Origin: an uncultured Verrucomicrobiae bacterium
GTDB taxonomy: Bacteria > Verrucomicrobiota > Verrucomicrobiia > Limisphaerales > UBA11358
Assembly (NCBI GenBank): GCA_963827815.1
Contig: CAWHCL010000010.1
Location: forward strand, 128,482-192,481
Length of the DNA: 64,000 nucleotides
Direction: 5' to 3'
Shown here: positions 63,886 through 64,000 of the stretch, one piece after another
Position numbering within the stretch: position 1 is the first letter of the stretch
How the letters are laid out: each line of letters opens with the position of its first letter
The notes under the pieces: model-generated
What the model was told of the DNA's origin: nothing
The model's database searches: none
The model's input: only the letters and a program-made list of their open reading frames with translations
Position numbers and translations under genes: made by a program

Positions 63886-64000
63886 TCACGACTTTTTTTC
63901 CTCCGGCGGAGTTTGTGGATTTTTGGTGGATGGCGGTGGCGCGAGGATGACCGGCACGGGATAGCGCAGCTTCATCACGTCGTCCACCATCACCTCGACG
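63886..64000 (-). CDS. C-terminal end of an unidentified protein (gene runs off the right edge)
   Basis: The reverse frame from 63999 reads VEVMVDDVMKLRYPVPVILAPPPSTKNPQTPPEEKKS*. There is too little sequence to name it. Confidence 0.35.
   Translation of the reverse strand, partial: VEVMVDDVMKLRYPVPVILAPPPSTKNPQTPPEEKKS

Overview
This is a 64-kb chromosomal segment from a high-GC bacterium. Gene content and dispersed repeat families look PVC/Verrucomicrobiota-like, but that is inference with no database check.

Housekeeping genes include: glmS (5' fragment), a gmhB-like phosphatase, PPi-type phosphofructokinase, thiE, ligA, an Mla-like ABC operon, rpsU, cca, coaE, glgB, xth, purB, and a lolD plus LolC/E-type permease pair.

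Three accessory surface loci are interleaved with them:
1. A type-IV-pilus-like cluster at 20.4-26.8 kb: a pilM-pilN fusion, an Amuc_1100-like protein, a small TM protein and a secretin.
2. A co-directional 19-kb block of five secreted proteins at 28.0-47.4 kb: a propeller protein, two proteins of unknown family, a ~3100-aa Calx-beta/delta-60 giant, and an S53 sedolisin.
3. A beta-helix surface protein at 55.8-57.9 kb.

Four of these secreted proteins share a C-terminal module ending in [FY][FY]R[VD].

Other notable points:
- The Mla-like ATPase has degenerate catalytic motifs.
- ligA carries an in-frame insertion of a dispersed palindromic repeat in its zinc-finger loop.
- The intergenic regions between 48 and 55 kb are built from a mosaic repeat family.
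- There is a 270-bp array of helically phased 10-11-bp direct repeats at 54.3 kb.
- There are two AT-richer islets, at 5.0-6.1 kb and 14.7-15.3 kb.

Eleven genes are frame-disrupted by 1-nt indels. Where I could resolve the sites, most sit in short mononucleotide runs. That points to assembly or basecalling error rather than decay, but it cannot be settled from sequence alone.

I saw no rRNA, tRNA, CRISPR array, transposase or integrase. RNA genes were screened only by eye.
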